A stretch of 64,000 nucleotides of DNA from Tubulanus polymorphus (GCF_964204645.1 NC_134034.1:6174914-6238913), one strand, 5' to 3'; numbered from the stretch's first letter, positions 38,388 to 50,807 are shown. The notes: generated by a model from the letters alone, not told the origin. Made by a program: numbers and translations.

Positions 38388-39522
38388 TAGCCCACTTGGG
38401 ACTTGTCCCAGCGGGCTATTGCGCTCACTTTTCGCCCGTCGTTCGTCCATCCGTCTGTAGATGGAATCCAGTTATTTTGGGAAGTTTTGAAGACGCTTCA
38501 ATGTAATGTCTTGATATTTTGGTTACACATGTTTCTACCTTAGACACATCTTCAGCCAAAAAACTGGCCCTGTCAGAATCAAGATGGCCGACTGGCAGCC
38601 ATTGTTGTTCGGCAAAATCAGCACTTTTTACACATTTTTGAAGATTTTTTAAGGGAAATTTTGAAAACGCTTTGATCAATTGCCTTGATCTTTCGTATAT
38701 ATTTGAAAACCCCAAGGGCCCATCAGCATAATAAAAATTGGGTCGATCGGACTCAAGATGGCCGTCCTATGACCTTTTTGGTGCCCAAAAATGTCAATTT
38801 TGGCCGGAATTCTGGGTCCTGTTGCTTCCTACTGGTTTGCCATTTCTCATTGCAATTTGTGGTGGGTATCCTTTGGAAAAGGATGTTTTATGCCCGAGAC
38901 AGGTATTTTTGATCAGCCAATTATGACACAATTGGCGGCAATCTTGGTGTCATCAGTAATCATTCGTAGGTTGGGAAAAGTTTTTCGATATTATATTGAT
39001 ACCTAAGCACATTGTGTTACTACTATCAATTGGAAAGTTGTAGCCCATAATGTGTTCTATGATTGTGGTGAGTTTCAAGGTCATAGGTTTTTGTATATGG
39101 CCACCAGGGGGCGTTGAATAATACAATAGCTTAGTATTTCTTTATTATATTTGTACCCATGCATATTTTGTTACCACAATCAATTCCAAAGTTGTAGCTC
39201 ATGTCATCGTCTATGATTGTGGTGAGTTTTAAGGACACTAGTTATTCTATATGGTCACCAGGGGGCGTTGAATAGTAGAATAACTTAGTATTTCCTTATT
39301 ATATTGGTAACGATGCATAGGCCTATTTTATTATCACAATCAATTACAAAATCGTAGCTGCTGACATGTTCTATGATTGTGGTGAGTTCTTAAGTCATTG
39401 GTTTTTGTATATGGTCACCAGGGGGCGTTGAATATTGAAATTGTTAGATTGTTGAGCATTTGAAACCACTTCCCAAGTGGAAACTACTTCCCAAGTGGGC
39501 ATGGTGACCCTGGACCCCTAGT
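38388..39522 (+). mobile_element. Helentron-associated non-autonomous element (HINE/DINE-like), family A copy 1, 3 CTCF-motif units
   Basis: 5' TAGCCCACTTGGGAC..GTCCCAGCGGGCTA hairpin, short (CGTC) microsatellite, ~154-bp tandem units, 3' subTIR TCCCAAGTGGGC, stem-loop GGTG(A)CCCTGGACCC, then CTAGT. No TSD. Confidence 0.85.
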
Positions 39523-39667
39523 ATGTCACCAGGGAGCTTTGAATAGCCAGATAACTAATGTTCATATTTTATTGGTACTTATGGGTATTTTGTAACCGCA
39601 ATTTTTCTGATTTTTTTGCTTTTCAAACCACTTTCCAAGGGGGCCTGGTTTCTCTGGACCCCTAGTT
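39523..39667 (+). mobile_element. Degenerate older family-A-related 3' end directly after copy 1
   Basis: Diverged unit (GTCACCAGGGAGC) and diverged terminus TTCAAACCACTTTCCAAGGGGGCCTGGTTTCTCTGGACCCCTAGTT. Confidence 0.7.
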
Positions 39668-39704
39668 CTTTTTGCTTACTCTTTCTACTTAACTTTAACT
39701 ACAG

Positions 39705-39824
39705 GGGTTAAAACGAACACTTTTAGTGATGGATGAAGAAATGCCTCGTACTAAAGAAAGCATCAGTAACAGGATGCTCTTGGCTAAAGAATGCAATCTA
39801 GAAACCTTACTCAAAAAAAATAAG
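39705..39824 (+). CDS. MINDY4: MINDY4 exon 2 (GLKRTLLVMDEEMPRTKESISNRMLLAKECNLETLLKKNK)
   Basis: Polypyrimidine tract + CAG acceptor and AAG|GTAGG donor; 120 nt. Resembles the recalled GLKKT..MDQERPR...SINNR segment. Confidence 0.92.
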
Positions 39825-39996
39825 GTAGGCCTAATGAACCTGAAATTTTTGAATGTCATCCCAAATGCAGATCTAGGAATGTTGTAAGTGGGGGAATCCA
39901 AATGGTAGATTTATAATGAAGTTGGCGCTTTGAAGTTGTATCTGCTGAAGCCGAATATTGAAAGCTGGTGTAACTGGCTGGTTGTTGTATCGGCAG

Positions 39997-40159
39997 GGGA
40001 CCATTCATTTGTTACGTATCCATGAAATTTTACTTTTTCAACCCCCCTCCCCCTGTACTCAAAATCGGCCATTTTTTCATATACATTATGCATTACAGTT
40101 ACGCAATTGCACTTACCCCTCCCCCTCCCCTAATGCGTACGTAATAAATGAATGATCCC
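39997..40159. mobile_element. PIF/Harbinger-type MITE
   Basis: GGGACCATTCATT / AATGAATGATCCC with 3-bp CAG TSD. Confidence 0.75.
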
Positions 40160-40489
40160 CAGGCTGGCTGGGGAACTAGCATTTACACCAGCGGTACAGG
40201 ATTCCATCCATCAGGAACAACAAGGCATTTACACGTACAATCTTAATTGCATCCCGGAATGAGAATGATTATCATAACTTTACATAGTCTTTATATACAG
40301 AATCATGAGAATGATGTGAGAACTTGTCAGACAAGTTGTAGACCTCAGGAGTCACAAACTGACACCTTGTAACATGTTTGAAAGACATTAATTAATTATT
40401 GATGAGCACTGACAATAGTTAATTACTGTGAAAACATATTGATTACGACTTGAAAGCACATATTGACTATATTTATAAGTTATGTCACA

Positions 40490-40499
40490 TTATTATTTA

Positions 40500-40558
<59 letters not shown>

Positions 40559-40575
40559 CATTATTATTATTATTA
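40490..40575. repeat. (TAT)n microsatellite
   Basis: Read directly from the sequence. Confidence 0.97.
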
Positions 40576-41327
40576 TGTTTATGTATTACATGTACGACAT
40601 TACATGATATTACATGTGTTAACTAATGTATATCTGGGTGACAGTGGTGTACAGCATTTTAGAGGAAGAATTGAGGAGTTTTTAGGATCAACTTTGTTGA
40701 TCCTTTTAGAAAGGTCCTGAGAGTAACTTTATGTTAGCTCTTGGTGGCACAAATTGTAACCGCTGGATATAAACAGCAGATATTTTGTCATTAGGAGGGA
40801 AATAGGTGTTGGAATTGACATGGAGACTTTCATCCATCAACTCAGCCGTTTGGAAGAATTGGGAGAAAATATCAGTGAATTTTTCTCCATTCTACTAATT
40901 GATGCTGGACCTTGTTTCTGGATGATACCATCACGGGAAAAGCCCTTCAGAATAGCATCGCGAAAAAATCGATTTTTGTGCTTAAAAGTATAATGTACTC
41001 AGTTGATCCTACTGGAGCCATGGCCCTTTATTTTGCTGTTACGATAGTACGTATATTGCAAAAACTCACAAAACATGTGACTGACATCCAAAATCTAATA
41101 ACGATATGCAATAGATTTTAAGCCATTTAGTACATGCATGAAGTACATGTTGATTCTACTGGACCCATGGTCTTTAATTGCTGCATTTGGTCTGCTGGGA
41201 TCCGTTTTCCCCAAGTGGGATTCCAAAGGAATTATGCTCCTGTGACCCTTGACTTAATGGAGCACAAGTGGGATTTAGCATCAGCACCTAACATCTAATT
41301 CAAAACTGTGTTTAATTTTGTCTTAAG

Positions 41328-41583
41328 GAACAGCCTGCACCATACAGAGCTATGCTTGAAGTAATGACCAAGGATTTCGCAGGACACAATAGGCAATCAG
41401 GAAGCAGTAACATTGTACCAACACCTGGATCTTGCTGTATTTCTCAGGAGGCTTTTTCCTCTCTACATTCAAATCCCTCGGACAGCAGATTATCTCCATC
41501 ATCAACCCAGAACCTTCAACAACACTACAGCCGCAGTAAATATCTGACTCCTTTGGATTCTGAGAATGGTAGAGTGAATGCAG
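41328..41583 (+). CDS. MINDY4: MINDY4 exon 3 (EQPAPYRAMLEVMTKDFAG...low-complexity linker)
   Basis: TTTTGTCTTAAG acceptor and open frame; P..(A/T)xLE(V/L) similarity to MINDY4. Donor is either after 41583 (G|GTCAAT) or after 41568 (G|GTAGAG), both phase 1. Confidence 0.75.
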
Positions 41584-42030
41584 GTCAATAAGGTCACAAT
41601 TTGTAAGATAAAATAATACAACCCTTTCACTGCCAAAATACATCAGGTTGAAATTTTTCCACCTCAGTTCAGTGCGTTAAGAACGTACCAATATTCTATT
41701 TACCTCGTAGTATGGTGAATCATATTATTGGTATATCGATACACCACTCCACTGGGTAGATGCTATGTAATGCTGGTAATTTATGCAGCGCATAGCATGT
41801 AGACACAGTGAAAGGGTTTTGTAGCGAGACACATTTAATATTTAAGAATTACTGCATTTTTTCTTGCACAAATTCAACAGTTATTGAAAAAAATGTGTAC
41901 TGTCAATTATTCAGTACCATTCACACACAGCTTTCATTGACCTTTTTGATATATGTTTTAGAGATGCTAGTTTACACATGCTTATCTGCACTGTTATCTG
42001 TGTTACGTATGCTTATCTGCACTGTGTAAA

Positions 42031-42490
42031 CCAATTAGTACTCAAGCCGCCCGTATATCTGGCCTGCCTATTACTCCTCAAGCCGCCCGAATCCGCCCCA
42101 GTACTTTTTTCGTAGGCTGCACTAAAACGGTTATAGTGGGATTCAAACCCAATAGCTTATGATAACCTACACACCTAAGTCCTAGAAATACCAAACAGAA
42201 ATCAACATGCTCCTATCGAATTTAAACATGACACATCTGGGCCTCCCTTCAAAACCAAGTAAGTTTGGATGAGATTCGGGGGGCCAAAAGGACACAATTT
42301 TGGTGGCCCACCTCATCAAATCTTATATCATATGAAAGCCTTTATTATTTACTACATAATAACACTAGCTTGTAATGCATGGAAATAAACAGCAAATGAG
42401 CTATTCAGTATCGTGATGATCTTGGATTTTACCTTGAATTTTCTGAGGAGTAATTGACACTACATAGTGCAATTCCTGAGTGCGAATGGG
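42031..42490 (+). mobile_element. piggyBac-type MITE, second family, copy 1
   Basis: CCAATTAGTACTC ... GAGTGCGAATGGG|TTAA; inverted homolog of 42953-43343. Confidence 0.72.
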
Positions 42491-42494
42491 TTAA

Positions 42495-42782
42495 CCCTTT
42501 CAGTGCTGACTAATTAATACCCTATAGTGCTGGAGAAAATTTGAAAATTCTAAAAAATTCCACCCTAGTGTGTTGAACAATGGGAATACCACTATAGTGC
42601 GTCTACACCACAGTGCGGTGTATCGTTAGTTACTAGTATTTCACTATGTTTGACACTTGCTGCCATTTTTCAATAGAGATAATTACAAATTACTAATTAC
42701 ATCAATACACCGCAGTGCGGTGTACTAGCAAAATCCATCACTGATTTATACACCGCACTGCGGTGTAGACGCACTGAGAGGG
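42495..42782. mobile_element. piggyBac-type MITE
   Basis: TTAA|CCCTTTCAGTGC ... GCACTGAGAGGG|TTAA; internal ACACCGCAGTGCGGTGT palindromes. Confidence 0.88.
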
Positions 42783-42952
42783 TTAACCTATTCAACACGA
42801 AAAGCCTTTCAATTCGTGCCAGAAAAATGGAGCTATGAACATAGGCCTAATGCTGACTATTTCATGCCAGAATTGCATTATTGCAACTTCCGCGCGTTGT
42901 TGCATTGATTTTTGAGATACAAGGTTTGATGGTATTATGCCCTTATAGTTTA

Positions 42953-43343
42953 CCCATTAGCACTCACTACGTAGAATTTATTATCCTCAGAAAATTCGAG
43001 GGATGATACAAGTTGTCACAATACCTAATAGCTTATTTGCTGTTTATTTCCATGCGTTACAAGTTCGTGTTATTTTGTAGTAACTAGTCGAGGCTTTCAT
43101 ATGGTATAAGTTCCTTGTAGCCCCTGAAATTCATCCAAACCTACTTGGGTGTCATGTTCCTACTCTAAATACTTGAGAATTTCAAATAGGAAGATGTCGA
43201 TTTCTGTAGGGTATTTTGAGGACTTGAGTGTCTAGTTAATCATAAGCTATTTGGGTTCAAATCCCACTATAACTGTTTTTGTTCAGCAGATGAGAAAAGG
43301 AGTAATAGGCAGGGCGGATATGGGCTGCTTGAGTGCTAATGGG
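42953..43343 (-). mobile_element. piggyBac-type MITE, second family, copy 2
   Basis: TIR CCCATTAGCACTC / GAGTGCTAATGGG with degenerate TTAA flanks. Confidence 0.75.
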
Positions 43344-43539
43344 TTGACGTGTGAGTGGGTTCAACAAGAATATTCAACATTCTTACTAAATTACTATTAG
43401 AAATTTTATAACAAAATACAATTTAATGATAAGATATTCATTTTCCGTATACTAGCGCTCTTTTTGAAGGTAGTGTTTTGTCTACTAAGGGTTATGACAA
43501 GGGTGTTAAATAAGCAATTATCGATTGGCTGATGGCATA

Positions 43540-43747
43540 GGGGCTGTGCATTAGGAACGTGCGTCCGTAAGGGAGGGTTAGAAATTTGTACACAAATTCT
43601 GAAAAAGGCACTTTTACAAGGGGGGAGGGGTTCATTCGTAAAAGTATGTACGCAAGGTGAGTTATAGAACAATGTACAGGGCGCGTACATGAGTATGGGA
43701 GTTCAACATACGCAGAGGTCAAGACTACATACTTTATGCACGGCCCC
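43540..43747. mobile_element. PIF/Harbinger-type MITE
   Basis: GGGGCTGTGCAT / ATGCACGGCCCC with TA-containing flanks. Confidence 0.72.
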
Positions 43748-44010
43748 TAAGGCACTGCGGCAATTGCAACATGGCATTGATAATAGATTATTATTACTTA
43801 AAATTAGGGAATGAAAAGAATGACAGATGAACCAAATGGAACTGTTATTACACTCTCCAAAATCATCCTATCCCATGGCTTAGTACGTTGGTTGTACTCC
43901 CTAACTCCCTTAGTTTTAGATTACTGTAAGTTTTCATAATAAAGAGGAGGCTTCATGATAGCTTATGTTTACCATATTTAATGTTGGTCTATTTGTATTC
44001 AATTTTGTAG

Positions 44011-44186
44011 GTAAAGACTTAGTGTTAGAAGATGCTGATAATGATGGTGAAACAGTTTTGGGAGCTGGACGTCAATCAAACCAATACATCCAAGATTGTG
44101 ATATATACATTCCTGCCACAAAAGCGTCTCGTAATAAAAAGAGTGCCATTTCATCAACTGGTGGTCTGATCACTAGTAATTTAGAT
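44011..44186 (+). CDS. MINDY4: MINDY4 exon 4 (GKDLVLEDADNDGETVLGAG...GGLITSNLD)
   Basis: TTTTGTAG acceptor and GAT|GTAAGT donor. Phase 1 in and phase 0 out fit both neighbours. Confidence 0.75.
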
Positions 44187-45078
44187 GTAAGTAGATGTAG
44201 TTTTGCCGACGATGTATTAGTACATAGCCGTTGACGTATCTTTGTACCGACGGCTTCAAAATGCCACCTATTAAATTTCTTAAAGAAGCCGTTGACAATT
44301 TCAATTACTGACACCAGATTTTGTAATCAAAATTCTGTAAAAATTCTGAAAAGTTTGACATGAAATCGAAAGTTACAGCAGCTGATGCCTCAACTGTATC
44401 CCGTACGGTGCTGCCACCTTGCAAAATTCCTGTGCTAGGACCAACATCTATTGCTGCCACCTAACAAAAACAACTGCTATAAACATGAATTTTGATCTGA
44501 ATTTTTAAACTTCCAATACATGTAGGCCCAATATTCATTCCTTCAGTAGTTTAATTTAATAGTTATGCGCAGTGCCATATTCTATCTTTGAGAAATTACA
44601 GATTATTAGAATATAACTATGCTATAAGTTCTTTCAATGATTTAGTAATCAATTATTCAATTTCAATCACATATTATGAAATGACCCAACTCTGATGATT
44701 TCATTTTTAGTGTATAATTTTTACAGATATTGTTGACAATATTATGATTGATTTGATGTACATTTAAATGTTTAAGTCAAGTAACGAAATAACATTAACA
44801 TCATATAGAATTAGTTTTCATTGTTCATGGAATACATTATTAACCGGGTATTGTTTTCAAGATAGGCACTTGCTGTGGTGATTTCTCAAAGCAACTTGCT
44901 GTGGATGACAAATTCTGAAATTCAAACCCTGAGTCAATGGAATATAGCTAGACTAGGTCAAGATACCATCCAATATGTCCGCCTTGTGGCCATCTTTAAT
45001 TCTGAAATTATACATATTGTGCCTTTATTTAGCATCTGACTGAACGTGTATAGATGCGTTCGCATCTTGTTGGTTTGT

Positions 45079-46495
45079 TAGCCCACTTGGGACTTTAGTC
45101 CCAGCGGGCTATTGCGTTCACTTTTCAACCGTCGTCCGTCCGTCCGTAGATGGAATCCAGTTATTTTGGGAAGTTTTGAAGACGCTTCAAGGTAATGTCT
45201 TGATATTTGGTTTATACATGTATCTACCCTAGACACATCTTCAGGCCAAAAACTGGCCCTATCAGATTCAAGATGGCCGACTGGCAGCCATTGTTGTTCG
45301 CCAAAATCAACACTTTTTACACGTTGTTACAAAATTTTGAGGGAAATTTTGAAGACACTTTTATCAATAACCTTGATTGTTTGTGTATATTTGTACCTCC
45401 CAAGGGCCCATCAACATAAGAAAATTTGGGTCGATCGGACTCAAGATGGCCGTCCTATGACCTTTTTAGTGCCCAAAAATGTCAATTTTGGCCCAAATTC
45501 TGAGTCCTGTGGCTTCCTACTGGTTTGCCATTTCTCATTGCAATTTGTGATGGGTATTCTTTGGAATGGGATGTTTTATACCTGAGACATGTATTTTGAT
45601 CAGCCAATTATGGCGCAATTGGCAACCATCTTGGCGTCATCAGTACTCATTCGTAGGTGGGAAAAAGTTTTTCCACATTATATTGATACCTAAGCATATG
45701 GTGTTACCACAATGTATTGGAAAGTTGTAGCTCATAACATTTTCTATGATTTTGGTGAGTTTCAAGGTCATTGGTTTTTGTTTATGGCCACCAGGGGGCA
45801 TTGAATAATACAAAAACTTAGTATTTCTATATTATATTTGTACCTACACATATTTTGTTACCACAATCAATTACAAAGTTGTAGCTCATGACATCGTTTA
45901 TGATTGTGGTGAGTTTCGAGGACATAAGTTATTCTATATGGTCACCAGGGGCGTTGAATAGTAGAAGAACTTGGTATTTCCTTAGTAGATTGGTACCTAG
46001 GGATATTTTGTTACCACAATCAATTACAAAGTTGTAGCTCATGACATCGTCTATGATTGTGGTGAGTTTTAAGGACATAAGTGATTCTATATGGTCACCA
46101 GGGGGCGTTGAATAGTAGAAGAACTTGGTATTTCCTTATTAGATTGGTACCTAGAGATATTTGGTTAACATGATCAATTGCAAAGTTGTAGATCATGACA
46201 TGTTCTATGATTGTGGTGAGTTTCAAGGTCATTGGATTTTGCATATGGTCACCAGGGGGCATTGAATAGTAGATTAATAACATAGTATTTCCATATTAAA
46301 TTGGTAACGAGGCATATTTTGTTATCACAATCAATTACAAAGTCGTAGCTGCTGACATGTTCTATGGTTGTGGTGAGTTTCCAGGTCATTGGTTTTTGTA
46401 TATGGTCACCAGGGGCGTTGAATATTGAAATTGTTAGATTGTTGAGCATTTGAAACCACTTTCCAAGTGGGCATGGTGTCCCTGGACCCCTAGTT
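45079..46495 (+). mobile_element. Helentron family A copy 2, 5 tandem units
   Basis: Same termini as copy 1 and T-rich flanks. CCAGG anchors at 45791, 45945, 46098, 46252, 46409. Confidence 0.88.
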
Positions 46496-46580
46496 ATTTG
46501 TTGATTTTCCACATTCCTTTGTTAACCACCTTTTTGGTTTACCTTTGTTAGGGATATTAAAGTTGGCATTGAGCACATTA

Positions 46581-47170
46581 CCGTAAAAACCGGCGTATAA
46601 GTCGAGTTTTTAACCCTTGATTTTACCACTTAATTATTGACCTCGACTTATACGCCGAGTACAGTTTTCTACTAAGTATTTTCAGGTCACAAGAAATATT
46701 GATTCTACCAGACAAAAAAGACAGTGTTCATCTTCTCACTGCTATAACAGTTTCATTAATTATTCATGATAAATAAATTTATTTAATGAAAAAAAACTTC
46801 TTTCATTTTGACACAGCTTCATTAAAAACGATGTATTCATATATGCGCGCTCATAGCAGCACTTAATACATTAGGCTATAAATAGCGTGTGACTCACACT
46901 ACTGTATCACTGTATGGTAGTGTATTATACCTGAGTGTGTGTGTAACAGTCTATTGATTAACGCACTGCAGCAATCAGGCTGACGCGCGGCGGCGTGCCT
47001 GAAGGCGCACATCGTTATCAAAACAAACTATTTAATATGATACAAGTAATTATTCTTCTAAGAGAAGGGACTCGACTTATAAGCCGGATATATGTTAAAA
47101 TCATGAAATGTAGGTCTAAAAATTGACCTCGACTTATACGCCGCGTAGACTTATACGCCGGTTTTTACGG
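46581..47170. mobile_element. Tc1/mariner (pogo-type) MITE
   Basis: Perfect 23-bp TIR CCGTAAAAACCGGCGTATAAGTC and TA TSD. Confidence 0.9.
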
Positions 47171-47221
47171 TATGTAAAATCACTTAATTGTCAAGACTCA
47201 ATATTTAGCCACCCTCTGATT

Positions 47222-47900
47222 TGTGAAATCATATGAATTTTTAGGTTAGCCGTAGGCTGAGCCTATTACTATACAAATGGAGGGAATTTGAATGACATGG
47301 TTTCCAGAGCAAAGGCTCTTTGACTGTGCAACTGAGCATATATTCATACAAATCATTCATTAGAGCATTATCCATTCTCCAACCCCTATGAAGCTGAATT
47401 TTGAAAAAGGGCGTCGTTAAAATTTATATGTGCTTTTTCGCGAAAATCTGAACGCAAAAATATCTGTTTTAAATAGCCAATCAGAAAGCAAAGACTCCTC
47501 TGTGATTGGCTCAGCTGCAGAGATCAGTAGGTGTTCACATGAACCCGCGGTATCGTCTACCGTTTGACTTCCGGGTTTTATTTTAAGATCTAAAATTGCA
47601 TTTCAAGATCGATTTCTGTGAAACCTTTAGTTGACTTGGTTTTTTTGGAAGGGATATTTTTGTTAGCACTACAGAAAATATCATTGACATTTATGCAAAG
47701 TCCGGGAAAATAGCTTTTCTCAATTCGGATGGATGACCTTGATATGCTAATTAGCCATGTGCTCAAACTGCAAATTCAATCAAATTTTAATTTCCCAAAA
47801 TATATCAAATCCAATTCAGTTTTACTTTATCACACAAATTAAATACCAAATCCAATTCAATTTTGTTTTATCAAGCAAACTTCAGAAAATTAAATTCTAT
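47222..47900 (+). repeat. Interspersed repeat family B; second copy at ~63163-63750 is cut by the Gypsy LTR
   Basis: Colinear over ~550 bp from ACATGGTTTCCAGAG. The 5' hairpin AGGTTAGCC-GTA-GGCTGAGCCT in a T run is Helentron-like. Confidence 0.8.
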
Positions 47901-49567
47901 TCCACATTTAAATCGATAAGACCAAGGGAAAAGATTTATCTGAGGTATTTGTTCCTTCCAGCTCCAGTCGCTGTCTGTGCTACTTATGAAAACACGATTG
48001 TAATGTGGAAATTATGGGTATTGTCATACGTAAGATGAAATAAAATAATTGAACTTTGAATTCACAAATTAAAATGATTTTTCATAAGCAATGCCCTTGC
48101 CAACAAACAGGCTCCAGTTTTCAAGGTACACAACACTTTGCCCATGGGCAATTTATTTTCTTTTTTTTTCCTGTACTTATTTTGTATTGGGTGAGGGGGA
48201 TGTTGATATCAGTTTGAGCCTGTTGGATATTTTCAAAGAAATTCCGTGATAAATATTCCGGTATATTTTTGTTATTAAGTATGACATCCATTGGGCACCC
48301 TGCAGATTGGTGGTAGGTTGTAAATATGACGATAAGCTGATTGTACTATTGTTCGTCAAAAGATCATTATTTACAGTAGGCATTCCACCGGCAGAAGTAA
48401 TGGTTTCCATGCCAATGTTTTGTAAACATACCTGAGTATATTGCTTATCAGAGGTTATATAGCCATTGAATTTTGCCGGTTGCGACTTTTCTGTAGGATT
48501 GTATGGGGATTTCCTTTTTTCCACACTTAAACACTGATCCTGGAAGTGTGAAGGCATCGTAATATAGAATTTTAGATTTTTCTCGGTAGCTCAGCACAAT
48601 CGTGATCGATAGTGCATGCACAGTCTCGAACTTCAGTTATTCAGAATCCAGTTATTTTGAGAAGTGTTGAAGCTGTAAAAACCAGTATAAATTATTAGGC
48701 AAGCTAAAAATTCAACCCCAATTATACCACTCATTGACTTCGATTTAGGATCTTCTATCAAAGTCGCAAGAAATATTGATGACTAAGTCAAAGTTTGATT
48801 ACATATTCCACGAAACAAACAAGGCACTTTGATATATAAAGTTTATTTTGTTTAAAAAAGCTTTTCATTTAAACACTGAAATAATGCCAGCGCACCAGCA
48901 TGTGTAGCATACACAGCGTTAGCCTATTCTGCATTCCCGCTAAGTGACCACACTGCACACAGTATACGGAGATCGTAGTCCGAAAATCTTCTAACTATTC
49001 TTAAGTAATTAAAATGACAAAGTGTGTTTAGTAGAGCTTTTGATTTTATTACCGTGCTGGGTCTGCTAGTTTTAGTTGTTTTATGTCATAGTCTCACGGG
49101 ATCAAAATTATGAACATTTGTTAATTCTAAAATTCCCATAATCAATCTTGGGTACATATCACTCTAGAACCATCGTTCTTCTGCTGGTGAATATTGTTTT
49201 TCTGTTCGACTTGGTCAATTGTAAGACTAGCTATAGGCCCTCAGGTTACTGCTAGAAGTTGGCCTTAAGGTTCAGTGCGTGAACGGCTTCAAAACACCCA
49301 TGTTGAATCATGGATGTCAAGCTTGTACCCCGTGTACTGCTTGCTCCATTGGCCATGGCAAGTATACATAATGACGTTTCACCCTGATAGTATGGATTAA
49401 ACATGCATCGCATCGACATAGTTATTTCCATTCTCGTTTCAAGTTCAAAGTCAATATGCCAAAACCCATTATGGAAGGTTTCTTTCTGCATGTATATGTT
49501 CACCAATTGAATAGCCGTATAACTTAAGTATTTTCATGTTTTATTAGAACCTAGGCATATTTTATTA

Positions 49568-50124
49568 GTTTAAGGTTAAGTTTAGTTTAAGTTTATTTTA
49601 TTGCTCCACAAAATTGTACAAGTTTGCACAGAGCACAGTAGTACTGCAAAATAGAAATGTAAAGGCGGAAGTTATAGAGGTTAACCCTTTCGGACATGAA
49701 ACATCATCTTATATTATCTTCATCGTGATATTAGGAAGATTATGCTTCATGACCCAAAGGGTAAAAAAATTGGCAGGTATTAATCAAATTAATCATATCA
49801 ATTGTATTAATCGTTCAGCCAGTGATGACAGAACTTTCAACACACATATTATGGTTTATGTTTAAACATAGCATGCTAAACCTTTTTTTATGAATACTGC
49901 TACTTTTGAAGTTTCAGCAGAGTTAAGCAATCTGCTGAGCTGGCCTGGACCAGCCCTCTGGAAGCGGGGATGGATATACTTATTCCTAAGTTCATGAAAG
50001 AAAAGGCAATAAAGTAAAAAATGTTCCTCGTCGCCAAGGGTTTGAATTTCACATTTCGTGCAATGACGTTCTTCCCAATTAATTCGGTTATATCTCCCAA
50101 CTTCGATTGGTAATTTATGATTAA
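49568..50124 (-). mobile_element. RTE-X-like LINE 3' fragment
   Basis: NHKLPIEVGRY...RHCTKC...GDEEHFLLYC zinc-finger C-terminus. The 3' motif TTTATTGCTCCACAAAATT..TTTGCACAGAGCACA is shared with 28452; TAAAC-type tail. Confidence 0.8.
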
Positions 50125-50300
50125 TTACCACAATCAATTGCAAAATTTTAGCTCATGACAAGTTCTATGATTATGGTGAATTGCCAGGTCATCAGTTGGT
50201 GAATAGCATCACCAGGGGGTGTTAAATAGCCAAATAACTTAATATTTTTCATATTGTATTGGTACACAGGCATATTTTGTAACCATAGTGAATTGCAAAA
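50125..50300 (+). repeat. Degenerate family-A 154-bp unit
   Basis: TTACCACAATCAATTGCAAA...CACCAGGGGGTGTT...GCATATTTTGT. Confidence 0.7.
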
Positions 50301-50807
50301 CCATATGATATTCATACATTTTAGAGTAATCCTACTTGTTTCATGGGCGAATAAGCTCTACACATTAGTTTGGTATCCTTAGTGCTGGTAGCAGGGAACA
50401 AGACATGTTTAGTAGGCTACTATAAAATGCTCCTTCTATATTCACATGTGATTCAGAAGTGATTTGAAAAGTTGAAAGTTCTACGTTAAAAAGAGAATGC
50501 TCATGGTTTTCCATGGGTTTTCTACTTGTAATCTATATTCACGACATGGCCTTCTATCAGGTTTCCATGCCAGAAGAAAATTCGTGAATCAGTCCAATAA
50601 AAACCAGACTTAGCAGATATATGTAGTAGAGTGACACTATCAATGGATGAAAAGTTAAACACGAATGTTGACAGAACTAAACGTTAACAAGAAAGGGAGA
50701 TGTCATGACCAACTACATGAATGACCTACTGATTGCTATATATAAAATGTGTAACCTTATGAATCTACTGATTGATGCATTGTATAGTTTTATGTTAACA
50801 ATTTCAG

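Noticed and set aside
38312-39006. Recurrent short ORFs (also at 45207-45585, 56158-56588, 59670-60134) as a peptide gene family
   Set aside because: They are frames through Helentron copies, and starts and stops are not preserved between copies.
40463-40720. Poly-Tyr protein
   Set aside because: It is the translation of a (TAT)n microsatellite.
45700-46430. Regularly spaced repeats as a CRISPR array
   Set aside because: The whole 154-bp units are homologous with no unique spacers. The context is eukaryotic and no cas genes are present.
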